A stretch of DNA of 63,248 nt, from NCBI RefSeq assembly GCF_001194135.2, contig NC_068981.1:14534877-14598124 (forward strand), read 5' to 3'. This document shows positions 1 to 11,279 of this stretch, in pieces. The stretch's first letter is position 1. Every line of letters begins with the position of its first letter. A model generated the notes under the pieces. It had not been told where the DNA came from and ran no database searches. It saw nothing but the letters and a program-made list of their open reading frames with translations. The position numbers and the translations under genes are program-made. Source of the DNA: Octopus bimaculoides (taxonomy: Eukaryota).

Positions 1-95
1 ATATATATATATATATATATACTCATACATACATGCATACATACACATGTATACTCACATATACATGTGTGTATATGTGTGTATATGTGTGTATA
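1..95. repeat. Mixed (AT)n/(ATAC)n/(GT)n microsatellite
   Basis: Directly visible low-complexity dinucleotide and tetranucleotide runs. Confidence 0.95.
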
Positions 96-220
96 TATTT
101 CATTTTCTTTTCCTTATAGTAATTAATAATACTATTATTTGTAGTTCGGTTATCTTTCTGCTTACCATAGTTACTGCTATTGATATCACTATTTCTGTTA
201 TTACTATTATTTGCACAATA

Positions 221-400
221 TTTATAACCTCCGCCTTAGCGAAGGGGATAGTATTGCTTTTCAGTCGTGCTTGTTTGTTTGTGGATAAGATATCTCAAGG
301 AACGCTGGTTAGATTGGAATGAAAGTTTCATGGATATTTGGCCCCTTGACTGGCGCGATCTGCTTAGATTTTGGGATCGATCCGGCACCGGACAAGGATT
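221..400. mobile_element. Possible Helentron-associated (HINE/DINE-like) non-autonomous element fragment
   Basis: Starts TTTATAACCTCCGCC, has a GTTT microsatellite and a GATCGATCCGG motif. Resembles this class from memory only. Confidence 0.35.
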
Positions 401-939
401 CTATATTATTTATTATATTTACATTATATGATTACGATATTACGTTACCTTTCAAGTCTCCATTTAGGCTGTAACTACTTTGAATGGAGAATTTGGTAAC
501 TGACTTGTATTTTACCCAATGTTGATTTCTTCTCTTACGGACCTATATTGTGATGAACTACATCTACCACCATTATGATGGATTTCCGACCTCGCCGGAA
601 ATAGTTGTTCGACTTATAAAACTTTTCTTCCTCTCCTTTAATTTTCCTTTGTATGTTGGATCTCTTAATATAAGTATGGTATGATTATATTCAAATATCT
701 GTGGTTTGTATATTTCCACATTTTGGTTTCTCTCATTTTGCATATATACATATTTTGTATTTCATACCGAAACTGTTGTATTCAATATATCTAATTTGTT
801 TATCTTTGAATTCTCTTCTAGTTATTCTATACCGCGTAGAACGGGTCGTCTGTAAAGACATCGGGGTCTAAGTTTCAATCATTCGAACACTTATAAACTC
901 TTCAATACTGAGATGCATGGATTTCATAGTATAAGCTAT

Positions 940-1132
940 ATAGCTATGATAGATCGCTGACCACTACACACATTTTCTTGTCTCCTTGTTTCTTTCCGTG
1001 TTCCTTTCTGTAGAAGAGCGTAGGCTCGAAACGTTAAAGACTTTCTCAATTCCCGAGCGTTACACTAATACATCTATTTGTTTTCATCACAACCTATCTC
1101 GTCTGTTGTTTCTTTTTCGAATTCTCCCTATA
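940..1132 (+). mobile_element. Short hammerhead-bearing element, family A, copy 1 (Penelope-like terminal repeat derivative)
   Basis: ccttt-CTGTAGAA-GAGC gtag GCTC-GAAACGTT-aaaga at 1003-1040; 3' end TTCTCCC runs into (AT)n; homologous to copies at 1153, 3916, 25152 and 28560. Confidence 0.75.
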
Positions 1133-1152
1133 TACATATATATATATATATA

Positions 1153-1317
1153 TGGGAGAATATACAAATAATAACAACAGACGAGGACAGGTGGTGTAAA
1201 TAACAAAAGTATATATTAGTATGACGCTCGGGAATACGGAAAGTCTTTGGCGTTTCGAGCTACGCTCTTCAACAGAAAGAATACGGAGACAAGGAGAAAA
1301 ACACGGAGAAAAAAAAA
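1153..1317 (-). mobile_element. Family A hammerhead-bearing element, copy 2
   Basis: Reverse complement matches 3916-4080 with one mismatch; cleavage triplet is GCC instead of GTC. Confidence 0.8.
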
Positions 1318-2215
1318 TATCCGCCCCTTGTATACATTATACATACATATATATATACGCATATAATAAACACACACACACATATACATTCAATTTTAAT
1401 TCCACTTACAGCTTTCAACCCACCTTATTTTATTTTGATATTCACCTTAACGGTTTAGTCATTTTCTCTCACATGAAAGTACAATATAAATATGCAAAAA
1501 AAAATATAGAAATCTATGTGTGTGTGCGTATAAAAATATACATTATAACAATTTGTGGTATGTAATATAGATTTGATATAGCCAGCCAATCTGTGCATGT
1601 TGCATACTTTAATTTAACAGTGGTTATACATACTTAACTGCTAGAGAAATACATACGCAAACATAAATCACTGGATAAATCAATAAAACCCACCACAAAT
1701 ACTCATAATTGTCCCCTTCTGCATTACACGCTTCTAACGTGCAGTGATATAAGCGACATAAGGCTCCTTACAGCAATATATCCTTGGTTTGCTTCTTTGC
1801 GCCAGCGATTAAGAGTTTCTTAATGTCCAACGTTTTGTGTTTGAAAATTCATTGACCAGTAGTATCCTCTTAATCTCCAGATCATTCATACTCCTGACCC
1901 GGGGTTGTTTCAGGTATGCTGCCTACATATAATATCTACAAACGAAATCAATAAATAGTAAATTATAGTCAACTGTTATTGCTTAGCTCTATAACTACCG
2001 GTAATTCTAATTATATTAGTTTTTATTTTATATTTTGACCTAAAAAAAATTGCCCATATAATTACCATATTTTTAATCCGCACATTCCCCTCATATATAA
2101 GATTGTACCACTAAATATTATAACTATCACAATTGTGCTTCTAAATTCTAGTAGGTCGCATGAATTGATTATCACTGTTTTCTCACTTCCTCCTTTTTCT
2201 TTTTACTTTTATTTA

Positions 2216-2343
2216 ATTCTCCGCTCTGATGAAGTTCGGCGATTCAAATTGGTATAATTAATTACTTACAATGATAACTATTATAATTATTGTGGTTGTT
2301 AAACCTGGGATCGAGCTAACAGAAACAGCTGTAAGTTGAGATT
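2216..2343 (+). ncRNA. Type I hammerhead ribozyme motif with a long stem II insertion (predicted)
   Basis: CTGATGA at 2226-2232, GAAA at 2322-2325, palindromic stem III ACAGCTGT, GTA triplet at 2331-2333. Stem I ATTCTCCGCT/AGTTGAGATT pairs 8 of 10; AGTTCG/CGAGCT closes stem II. Confidence 0.6.
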
Positions 2344-3526
2344 CTGTCTTTTTGTAATTAATTAATGCTAGTTGATGTAAATCAATTTTCTCACCATTTT
2401 CTTCTTTCCTTGAATATCGATAAACCTCAGTTTACTGTTGTTATTACCTATCATTTATGAGCATTAATACCAATGCTCATNNNNNNNNNNNNNNNNNNNN
2501 NNNNNNNNNNNNNNNNNNNNNNNNNNNNNNNNNNNNNNNNNNNNNNNNNNNNNNNNNNNNNNNNNNNNNNNNNNNNNNNNNNNNNTATATATATATATAT
2601 ATGCATACATGCAGAAAGAGAGTTGCAAAAAAGTTTTGGAAATTCGTTACTGCTTTTACATTTTAAGATCAAATCTCTGCAACCTGAAAGTTACCTTACG
2701 TAATATCAGATGCCAATAAGATAATAGACCATTCGCGTACTGGAATCACTCGTGCCTACTTTATATCCTCTCAGTATGATGCCCTTGTACCCAGAGTATA
2801 CTGGGCTTGTGAGCATTTTAATTGCGTTGGCATTAGATTAGTTCCCTATATACTATAATATTTTGGGAACAAGCAAGACGAACGAGTATAAGAAAGAGGT
2901 GAATATTCGGAACAAAGGAATATAGATCAGTGTTAATAACTGTCCTTTATACAAACAACAACAAAACAAGAGATATACATTTCTTGTTTTAGTATTAAAT
3001 TTTATATTGTAGTTATCATTATCAATGATGTCCCTTATTAGTAGCCATAGTAGTAAGATTTGAGAGGAAGATGGTCTGAATAGAGATGAGAGCAGTGAAT
3101 GATTGAATCTAACGTGGAAACAGACAGATATTGCTCAAGAAAATTTACACAATATGAAGCCATTTTGTCCATAACCGCTTCTGCTGCCGTTTCTCGTGCA
3201 ATTCATATATACACTCTAATAGCTGTTTCGGAACCACTATCTAGGGAAAAAATATGTATGCCCCATGTGGGTTTATCTGATCAATTTCCATAGCATACTT
3301 ATTCGAGTCATCAATAACTATTGACACATTTACATTCGAGTATCTTAGCGTGCCATTAAACAATCTTCTTTTATATTTGGCTTCGATGAACAATGTCAAA
3401 AAAAAATAATAATAATAACCTGTTAGGTTGGATTTATTTTGCTAACGTATGTACATTAACTCAAATGTATGCCAAAGACTGCGATTATTGGATTATATAA
3501 ACAAAATCTACTTCACCGACCAACAT

Positions 3527-3560
<34 letters not shown>

Positions 3561-3915
3561 TATACATACGTTCATTTCATTCATTTCATACACTTTAGCT
3601 CTATGTGCGCTGACGTTCGAAACTACAGGTCTCCACAAGTATCTTTATACATCTGCATGGCATCCAATTAACCAGACATACGAAAATACAGATGTTGAAA
3701 GAAATATTCATGGTTCAATAAAATGAACATATATCAGCAGGTCGATGTCTTTATAAAACTGGATATATTTACAATACGCAGATAATTATATTTACAATTG
3801 AGGGAGGGATATAAATATACACACACACGCACACATATATACATATATATATACATATATATATATATTATGATCGGCCATTATTATGATTGACCGTTGA
3901 CTGAACACTATTCAA

Positions 3916-4080
3916 TTTTTTTTTCTCCGTGTTTTTCTCCTTGTCTCCGTATTCTTTCTGTTGAAGAGCGTAGCTCGAAACGTCAAAGACTTTCCGTATT
4001 CCCGAGCGTCATACTAATATATACTTTTGTTATTTACACCACCTGTCCTCGTCTGTTGTTATTATTTGTATATTCTCCCA
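3916..4080 (+). mobile_element. Family A hammerhead-bearing element, copy 3 (best fold)
   Basis: TCTTT-CTGTTGAA-GAGC gta GCTC-GAAAC-GTC-AAAGA at 3953-3989; perfect 5-bp stem I; ends in (AT)n. Confidence 0.8.
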
Positions 4081-4096
4081 TATATATATATATATA

Positions 4097-5180
4097 GGGC
4101 CATCCCATAGATAATGCTGTTTTTTTATACTTCTTTTATTTTTGAAAGTTAGAATTCTTTTTAAATCTAAAATATACTCTCCATTTTCTACAATGCTCTT
4201 TCATCTATCTGGTAGACTTTCAATGCCCCTTTTTCCAAAATGCACTTGTCCGTGACGAAAAACACTCCTCCACTACTGTTCTGCTCTCGTCTACAAAATT
4301 CATATTTTTTCTGTCCAAATGATTTTGTAGACTGGGCAATAAATGATAATCAGATGGGGCAATGTTCCAAGAATATGGTGGGTGGAGCACCGTTTTCCAT
4401 TCAAATTACTCCAGCCGTTGGAATGTCATCCTCGCTGTACGTGGCCGAGAATTATCCTGATGGAAGAATACCTTTCATCTCGAAACAAGCGATGGTCTTT
4501 TTTGCCTTTATCGCTCCCTTAAGCCGCTCGAGCTCTTTGCCCTAGAGCTCGTTCTGTTATCTTTTGGTTTGGGTTTCACATTTCGAAGTGGACAAAACCT
4601 TTCATATTCCACTAAATAGATAACCACACCTTACATGGGTAAATACATTTAGCCTGCATTGCCGATGTTTCTCCTTTCCTTACCCACTGTCTTTGGCGCT
4701 TGACAGTTTTATAGAGATACGTTTTCTTGTCACCAGTCACTGTTCAGTCCATAAAGGTTCAATTCATGAGACGTGACAATATAGAAGAGCACACATTCAT
4801 TGTCTGCGCGCGATTAGAATCGGTAAGTTTAAGAGGAAACCATTGACCCAACTTTCTGACTTTTACGATGTCACGCAGATGTAGATGAATGGCTGAATGA
4901 CCAAAAACAAGCTTCTCTGCTAGTTCAACAGTTAGGATGGGATGTTGTTCCATTATTGTTCGCAGGAGTTGCTCATCGAGCACTACAGATTTTCAAGGAC
5001 GAGACTCAGAATTTCCGGAACCACTGTTGACACTGGCTTAAGCTTATTGTCAGATCCCCATATACTGCATTAATATTCCTCGCACTTTCCCTTGTGTTGT
5101 TGATACTCCTTTGTCATTGTCATTACAGCTTTGAAAACATAATTTAAAATCGAACTGCACTCTTTAAGCATTGCACTAAG
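4097..5180 (-). mobile_element. Mariner (DD34D) transposon relic with pseudogenised transposase
   Basis: Minus-strand peptides ESARNINAVYGDLTISLSQCQQWFRKF, LAEKLVFGHSAIHLHLRDIVKVRKLGQWFPLKLT and VTGDKKTYLY with stops and frameshifts. Probable 3' TIR abuts TA at 4097; 5' TIR not found. Confidence 0.9.
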
Positions 5181-5242
5181 AATAAGGACAAATATTTACT
5201 ACTTGCTGTTATTATAGCAAGTTGATGAAGGTAGTTTATCTC

Positions 5243-5278
<36 letters not shown>

Positions 5279-7161
5279 NNNNNNNNNNNNNNNNNNNNNN
5301 NNNNNNNNNNNNNNNNNNNNNNNNNNNNNNNNNNNNNNNNNNNNNNNNNNNNNNNNNNNNNNNNNNNNNNNNNNNNNNNNNNNNNNNNNNNNNNNNNNNN
5401 NNNNNNNNNNNNNNNNNNNNNNNNNNNNNNNNNNNAGTCTACTGAAAAGAGAGGAGAATATTAAAAGAAATCAAATACAAGTGTATGGAAAAAATAATAT
5501 TCTGTGAATACAGAAAATGGCTATTAGCTAAATGAATTTGGGGATAAAATTCCAAAACTAAAACAAAATAAAAACGTAACCGCATCGTAAGATGAAAGAG
5601 AATGTAAAAAAATATGAATATAGTAAATTCTAACCAATTTTACTTATAAGATAAAAAGTAAAATAGTATTTGATTTGAAATTTCTAAAAGATACGAGTAT
5701 GTTTTTCTGAAAAGAAGAACGGCACCTACTAGCATTTGTTTTTTTTTTTTTTATGAATATTGTTTAGATTTGTTTTTGTTTTTTTTTTTTAAACTTAAAA
5801 CAAAACAAAAACGTAATAGGAAAGATATTTTTGTCTTGAAATAAAATTCAAACTCAAAGACATCATTTCCTGTTGGCAATATTAATTGCCAGAACTACTC
5901 CAGATATCATTAATTTCGATCACTGAATTAACAGCTGCCAAGAGAAAAAACGTAATTAGTTTCCAAGAAACAACTCAAATTCTACGAGACAGGCATAAAC
6001 ACAGACACTCGCAATACATATAGGCTTCATCTGTAACATACATTTAAGCACACATAGACATATATGTTTATATCTGTATATATCAACACACATACGCGCA
6101 CACAATACTAAAATCGTACGTTTAGTTTTTTATCATTCATCTCATACAAACAGCAGTATATGTTTGATATCAAATTTTGAGACGAAAAATTTAAGATGTG
6201 AAACGACCTACCACTGCATGTGATATCATTGCTTATCGCATACATACGCTTAGACAATGCATTGCACTGCGTCTCTATCGCGTTTTTTTCGTCTTCTGCG
6301 ACATAGTTTTACAACACTAATTATTACTTCTTTTTCATTCGAACCAAAAGATGTGCAAATTAACAGAAATACCAACGCATATAATATTTAAGTTAACAAA
6401 CGAATTTTCCTTAAAGATACGGTAATAAAACTAACAGAAAGTTTAATGGCTGGGTATTCTGAATGTTTATTAGGAAAATCCGGCTTGTGATATTGACCGC
6501 CTGATTTTTTTTAATGACTAAAAGTCGAATATTCCTCTTTATTTCTCAGCATAGACATTAAAAAAGAACAAGAGCAAGGTTGAACAACCATGTATATAAC
6601 GACGCATTATGTATGATAAAACGCCACGATAAACATAACCATTAACAAGGAGGAAGCAGTAATGGTGAGGTTTTGGATTATGTGTGCATGGAAGATGCAA
6701 GAAAAGTTCGTTCTAAGTTTTGAATATGATGACTAAGTGAGCTATGTCCTGATAGTATCACTCTTCTGTAAACCTTATCAGGAACATATATAAAAACTAG
6801 ACTGGCATCCCAACGTTGGCAATATTACTACTACTACTTGTCGGAAGCATTACGAAATGTCATTAAAATTATCTGGGAGAATTTTTGAAAACGTATGTAG
6901 GTATATTTTGCTTGGGCGGTTCAATTCCAAAATTCTATAGCCGAAGCATAAAGGGATTCAGTATTTCTTGATTTTCGATATAGATATGACACGCGTGCAG
7001 ATGAACAAGAGAACATAACGTTAGCTCGCTGGGTATAGAGAAAACCCGGGAGGCAGAAAACAGCAAATGCAGCGCTCTAGCATAGATTTATTGGTGATGC
7101 CTAGCATCTGCTGTAAATGATTCCAAAATGTAACAGCCGTTTGCTCCACAGACCTATTATA

Positions 7162-8016
7162 CGACCGGGTGCCAAAAAGTAACCTGAAAAATTCTCTGTT
7201 GGACAAGCCCTTTGTAGTTCAGATTTCCGCCGCTAGAGGCCACTTGATGCGGCCTTCAGGCATCATTCTGTTGACCGCCGTTCTCGACTGGGGTAATACA
7301 GACACGTAGTGTGTATTTGTTTTACAGTGTTTCTTCTCTGTTCGTCAATTTTTGAGATGACTGAAATGAAGGAAAAGCGTATTTCCGTGAAATGTTGCTT
7401 TCTGCTGGGGAACACGGTGACCAAAAGAGTTGTTATACTTCAAACAGCTTACACAGAAGCTTCTATGATCAAAGCACAAGTTTACGAACGGATTTTACGC
7501 CTTAGGAATGGTTACTTGTTGCCTGAGGTCAAACCACATTCAGGACGACCGTCGACCTCCTGAACGAATAAAAACAAGAAAATTCATGAACTGATTTTGG
7601 AGGACTGTCACCGAACAATTGACAAACTTATTGATGTGACCGTTTTCCTTTGGAGCTCCTGGCAACGAAGTTCAACGAGGAATTTTGTGCATCGCTTTTG
7701 CACGGAGGATCAAAATCAGTCAGGATTTTATGCGTATCGTGAATTGAAAGAATAGTTGGAAGTTGATCCGGACCTTTTTGCTAGGGTCATCACTGGTGAC
7801 GAAAGCGGGTGCAACGGAATTTGCAGATGTGGAAGAGGTGAAGAAAGACGGCGTCACTTTGCAAAAATTCCAGGACTGTTTCGAACAGCGGAAAATGTGT
7901 CTAGACACATGCATTGCTTCAAATGAGGAATACTTTCAAGGCGATAAAAGTGTAAACATGGAAAACTTTGTAAATAAATTACTGCAAAATTCCGGTTTCT
8001 TTTGGGTACATCCTCC
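7162..8016 (+). mobile_element. Internally deleted mariner element with both TIRs and TA target duplication
   Basis: Peptides MKEKRISVKCCFLLG...SGRPSTS, RVITGDESG and CLDTCIASNEEYFQGD. Degenerate TIRs CGACCGGGTGCCAAAAAGTAACCTGAA and TTCCGGTTTCTTTTGGGTACATCCTCC, each flanked by TA; catalytic centre deleted. Confidence 0.9.
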
Positions 8017-8314
8017 TATAAATAACTTTATAATCATCGTTTCCTAAAGTGTGACTAAAAATGTATTGATATATTCCATAGTACATTATAGCAATGTAAC
8101 AAAAAGTATTTAATACAACAGCAGTTTAACGGAAGGTTTATCTTTAGACAACTTCACAAAAAGACAAAAATGTAGTGCAGATGGAATATAAAAAAATATA
8201 TTGTGAAGCATGTAGGAAACGATATCAATTCACATGCCGTATTATAAGATTTTCTTACTATTCGGCAAACGGTTTCCATGTGTTGTGTACGCAAACTAAA
8301 GAGGCACGAATAGA

Positions 8315-8960
8315 ATTCGTTTCTACTTTAGGTACAAGGTCCGAAATTTCCTGGAGGAGGTTTCTAGTCGATCAGATCAACCCAGTACGCAACTGGTATT
8401 TAATTAATCGACCCGAAAGGATGAAAGGCAAAGTAGACCTCGGCTGAATTTGAACTCAGAACGTAGACAGGCGACATACCGCTAAGCATTTCACTCGGCG
8501 TGTTAACGCTTCTTATTTCTTTATTGCCCACAAGGCGCTAAACATAGAGAGGACAAACAAGGACAGACACAGGGATTAAGTCGATTACATCCACCTCAGG
8601 GCGTAACTGGTACTTAATTTATCCACCCCTAAAGGATGAAAAGCAAACACGACCCCGGCGGAATTTGAACTCAGAACGTAACCGCAGATGAAATACCGCC
8701 TAAGCACTTCGCTCGGCAAACGTTTCTTAATTCTTTGTTGCCCACAAGGGGCTAAACAGAGGAGACAAACAAGGACAGACAAAAGGGATTAAGTCGATTG
8801 TATCAACCCCAGTGTGTAACTGGTACTTAATTTACCGACCCCGAAAGGATGAAATGGAAAGTCGACCTCGGCGGAATTCGAACTCAGAATGTAATGGCAG
8901 ACGAAAAACAACTAAGTATTTCGCCCGGCGTGCTAATGTTTCTGCCAGCACGCCGCCTTA
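8315..8960 (-). mobile_element. Head-to-tail array of three tRNA-derived SINE family 1 units
   Basis: Three diverged copies of the body GTTCTGAGTTCAAATTCCGCCGAGGTCG...CATCCTTTCGGGGTCG; a single intact head AAGGCGGCGTGCTGGCAG at the right end. Confidence 0.9.
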
Positions 8961-9839
8961 CGACACGAATAATATCAAACATGTACTGTTGTACTTGTGC
9001 AACGAAAACGAAAATGACAAAATGTAAATAAAATATCTTGCAGCTAAGAGTATTTTGCATAAAAATAGAAAAAGTATGGGAATGACAAAAGCTAAATGCC
9101 TTAAAAAGAAAAGAAAAGAAAAGTTGGACGAGGGCACGATAATCTAAGTACTAGGATAAATGTTCGTTTGTACAAAATAAAAATGAAACAAAAGATTTAT
9201 GTTTGTCTTGCATGAGCCACTTTTGGATGAGCCACAAATGGACATAAAAATATATATTTCAGCAAAAAATTTGTATCTGCCTACAAAACGTTCAATCGCA
9301 ATGTTCAAGTTGGCGTCTGTAGTCATAGAAACCAACCTACAATCTGATAACGGATACTACAGTGAACTTCACTTTATACCTGCGGAAAGAATGTAAAACC
9401 TAAAAGCCACAATCTCTGTGTCTCGTAGTGTGTGTGTGTGTGTGTGAAGCATCGATTAAATTGTAGTAACAAATAGTAATATGTATACGGTAAGTATTGA
9501 AGATCATTTGATGGCGCAATTCACAGGTGAGAAAGCTAGTAGTGCATAATCAAAGTAAACAGTAGTGCGTAATCAAAGTACACGATGAAAGTACAGCAGT
9601 GCATGATTCATCTACTTCAAGTAAGTCCAAATGAGATGATAGAGAGAGAGAAAAAGAGGTACAGAGACCGAGAGGCAGTGAGATTTAGAGAGATATAGTG
9701 ATATACATANNNNNNNNNNNNNNNNNNNNNNNNNNNNNNNNNNNNNNNNNNNNNNNNNNNNNNNNNNNNNNNNNNNNNNNNNNNNNNNNNNNNNNNNNNN
9801 NNNNNNNNNNNNNTATATATATGTACATATATGTATGTA

Positions 9840-10020
9840 TATATGAGAGAGAAAAAGTTGCCAACAACAATAACGAGAGGGAGAGAGAGAGAATGATACA
9901 GAAGACACACACAAAGAAATACAGAAATAAACAACATGGGAAAGACAGAGAAAGAGAGGAAGAGAGGAGAGAAAGAGGAGAGAGAGAAAGAGAGAGAAGA
10001 GAGAGGAGAGAGATGAGGGA
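9840..10020. repeat. GA-rich low-complexity tract
   Basis: Degenerate (GA)n/(GAGAA)n runs. Confidence 0.9.
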
Positions 10021-10429
10021 ATGAGTGTGACAAAGAGTAAGATACAGGCAGTCAGAAATATGATCTAATTCTATAAGTTTAGCAAGAAAGTTATAACTTT
10101 CGTGGCAAACCATTACACTCACCTTCGGGAACATCTCGATACGAAGAAATTTTATAAATTGCTTCAAAGCAATTTCGAAGCCAGATATTCTAAAGCATAT
10201 TGTGGGATATTTTCAAAGCATTAAAAACGAATATCTGTGCGAGTTTATTTATAAGATCATATTAACCGCATCGTATGCCAGTCCGCTTTAGCAAAAACGA
10301 GGGCAGTGCTATCTATTTCAGCTGCTTATAGTGGCATATCAGCCCTTTCAAGTACCGTCACAAAGATAATACCACATAGCTTACGATGTATATTTTGCAT
10401 TGCAAATAGGCTATGAATATGCATACATT

Positions 10430-11150
10430 GCACGATGTATTGTTTCTATGGAACCAAGTTTCCTAATAAAGGTTCAAAAGAGTGAAATTTATGTTTAACT
10501 GAGCAGTATGATATTATAAATCAATAAAGAGGAGAATTGCAAAGGTAGTGTAGACTTGCAAGCACAATATTAAATTGTGATACCTTTTTAAGTTAACAAA
10601 AAGGGGACACATTATTGTAGATGTCATACCACCATTTATCAATTTGCTTCAACAAACAACTTTCTATGAATCATTCTTTTATGTATTGTGAAGTTAGGCA
10701 TAAAAGAATGTTATTGCATTTTGTGGAAGGCTCCGAATATTAGGAATATATAGAGCATCAACGAACTAACTGTAGATATCATTCATTGTGTGGAACTCAC
10801 TTGAGCCTTAGTGCGAGTCAGCTGCTCTTGGCTAACTCACATTGAATCTATAGAAGATCCGGGATTTATTTTGAATCTAAATAAGTAGTCAAGCGGAGAA
10901 ACCTTTCTCTTTGCTATGAATGTGAGATGGCCAGCAAAAATCTCACAACTTTAGATTTAGAACAGACTGATTTTGAAGGTTTTAGTTTGCGTGTTGTTCA
11001 AGACTAAGTAGGATAAAGTCAAATCTATTTCATTTATATAATGTGTTCCTTTGGTGGATACAGAATTGTCATGTCTTTAAAGTAGAATGAATTTGAAGTT
11101 TCTTCAATAAGCATTGAATGGAGTTATGGGAAAATACCAACAACTACAAT
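10430..11150 (+). mobile_element. Possible highly decayed ISL2EU/PIF-Harbinger transposase relic
   Basis: Fragments QKSEIYV...CKGSVD, HFVEGS and FEVSSISIEWSYGKI occur in the order expected for FRxxKxDI, GFIDGT and SVEWxFGxI motifs; many stops. Confidence 0.35.
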
Positions 11151-11279
11151 TGTTCGATTTCAATTAATTTTACACGTATTACAAACAATGAGCATGGATG
11201 CAAGATCCAGCGACCAGTCAGCAAAAATGCCTCCCTGCTGAGAAATCGCTGAAATTACTGTTTTTAATTCAGCTCCCGT

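Noticed and set aside
1880-1920. GAAA...CCCGGGTC-AGGAGTA half hammerhead on the minus strand
   Set aside because: The CUGANGA half and stem II are not recognisable, so it cannot be called.
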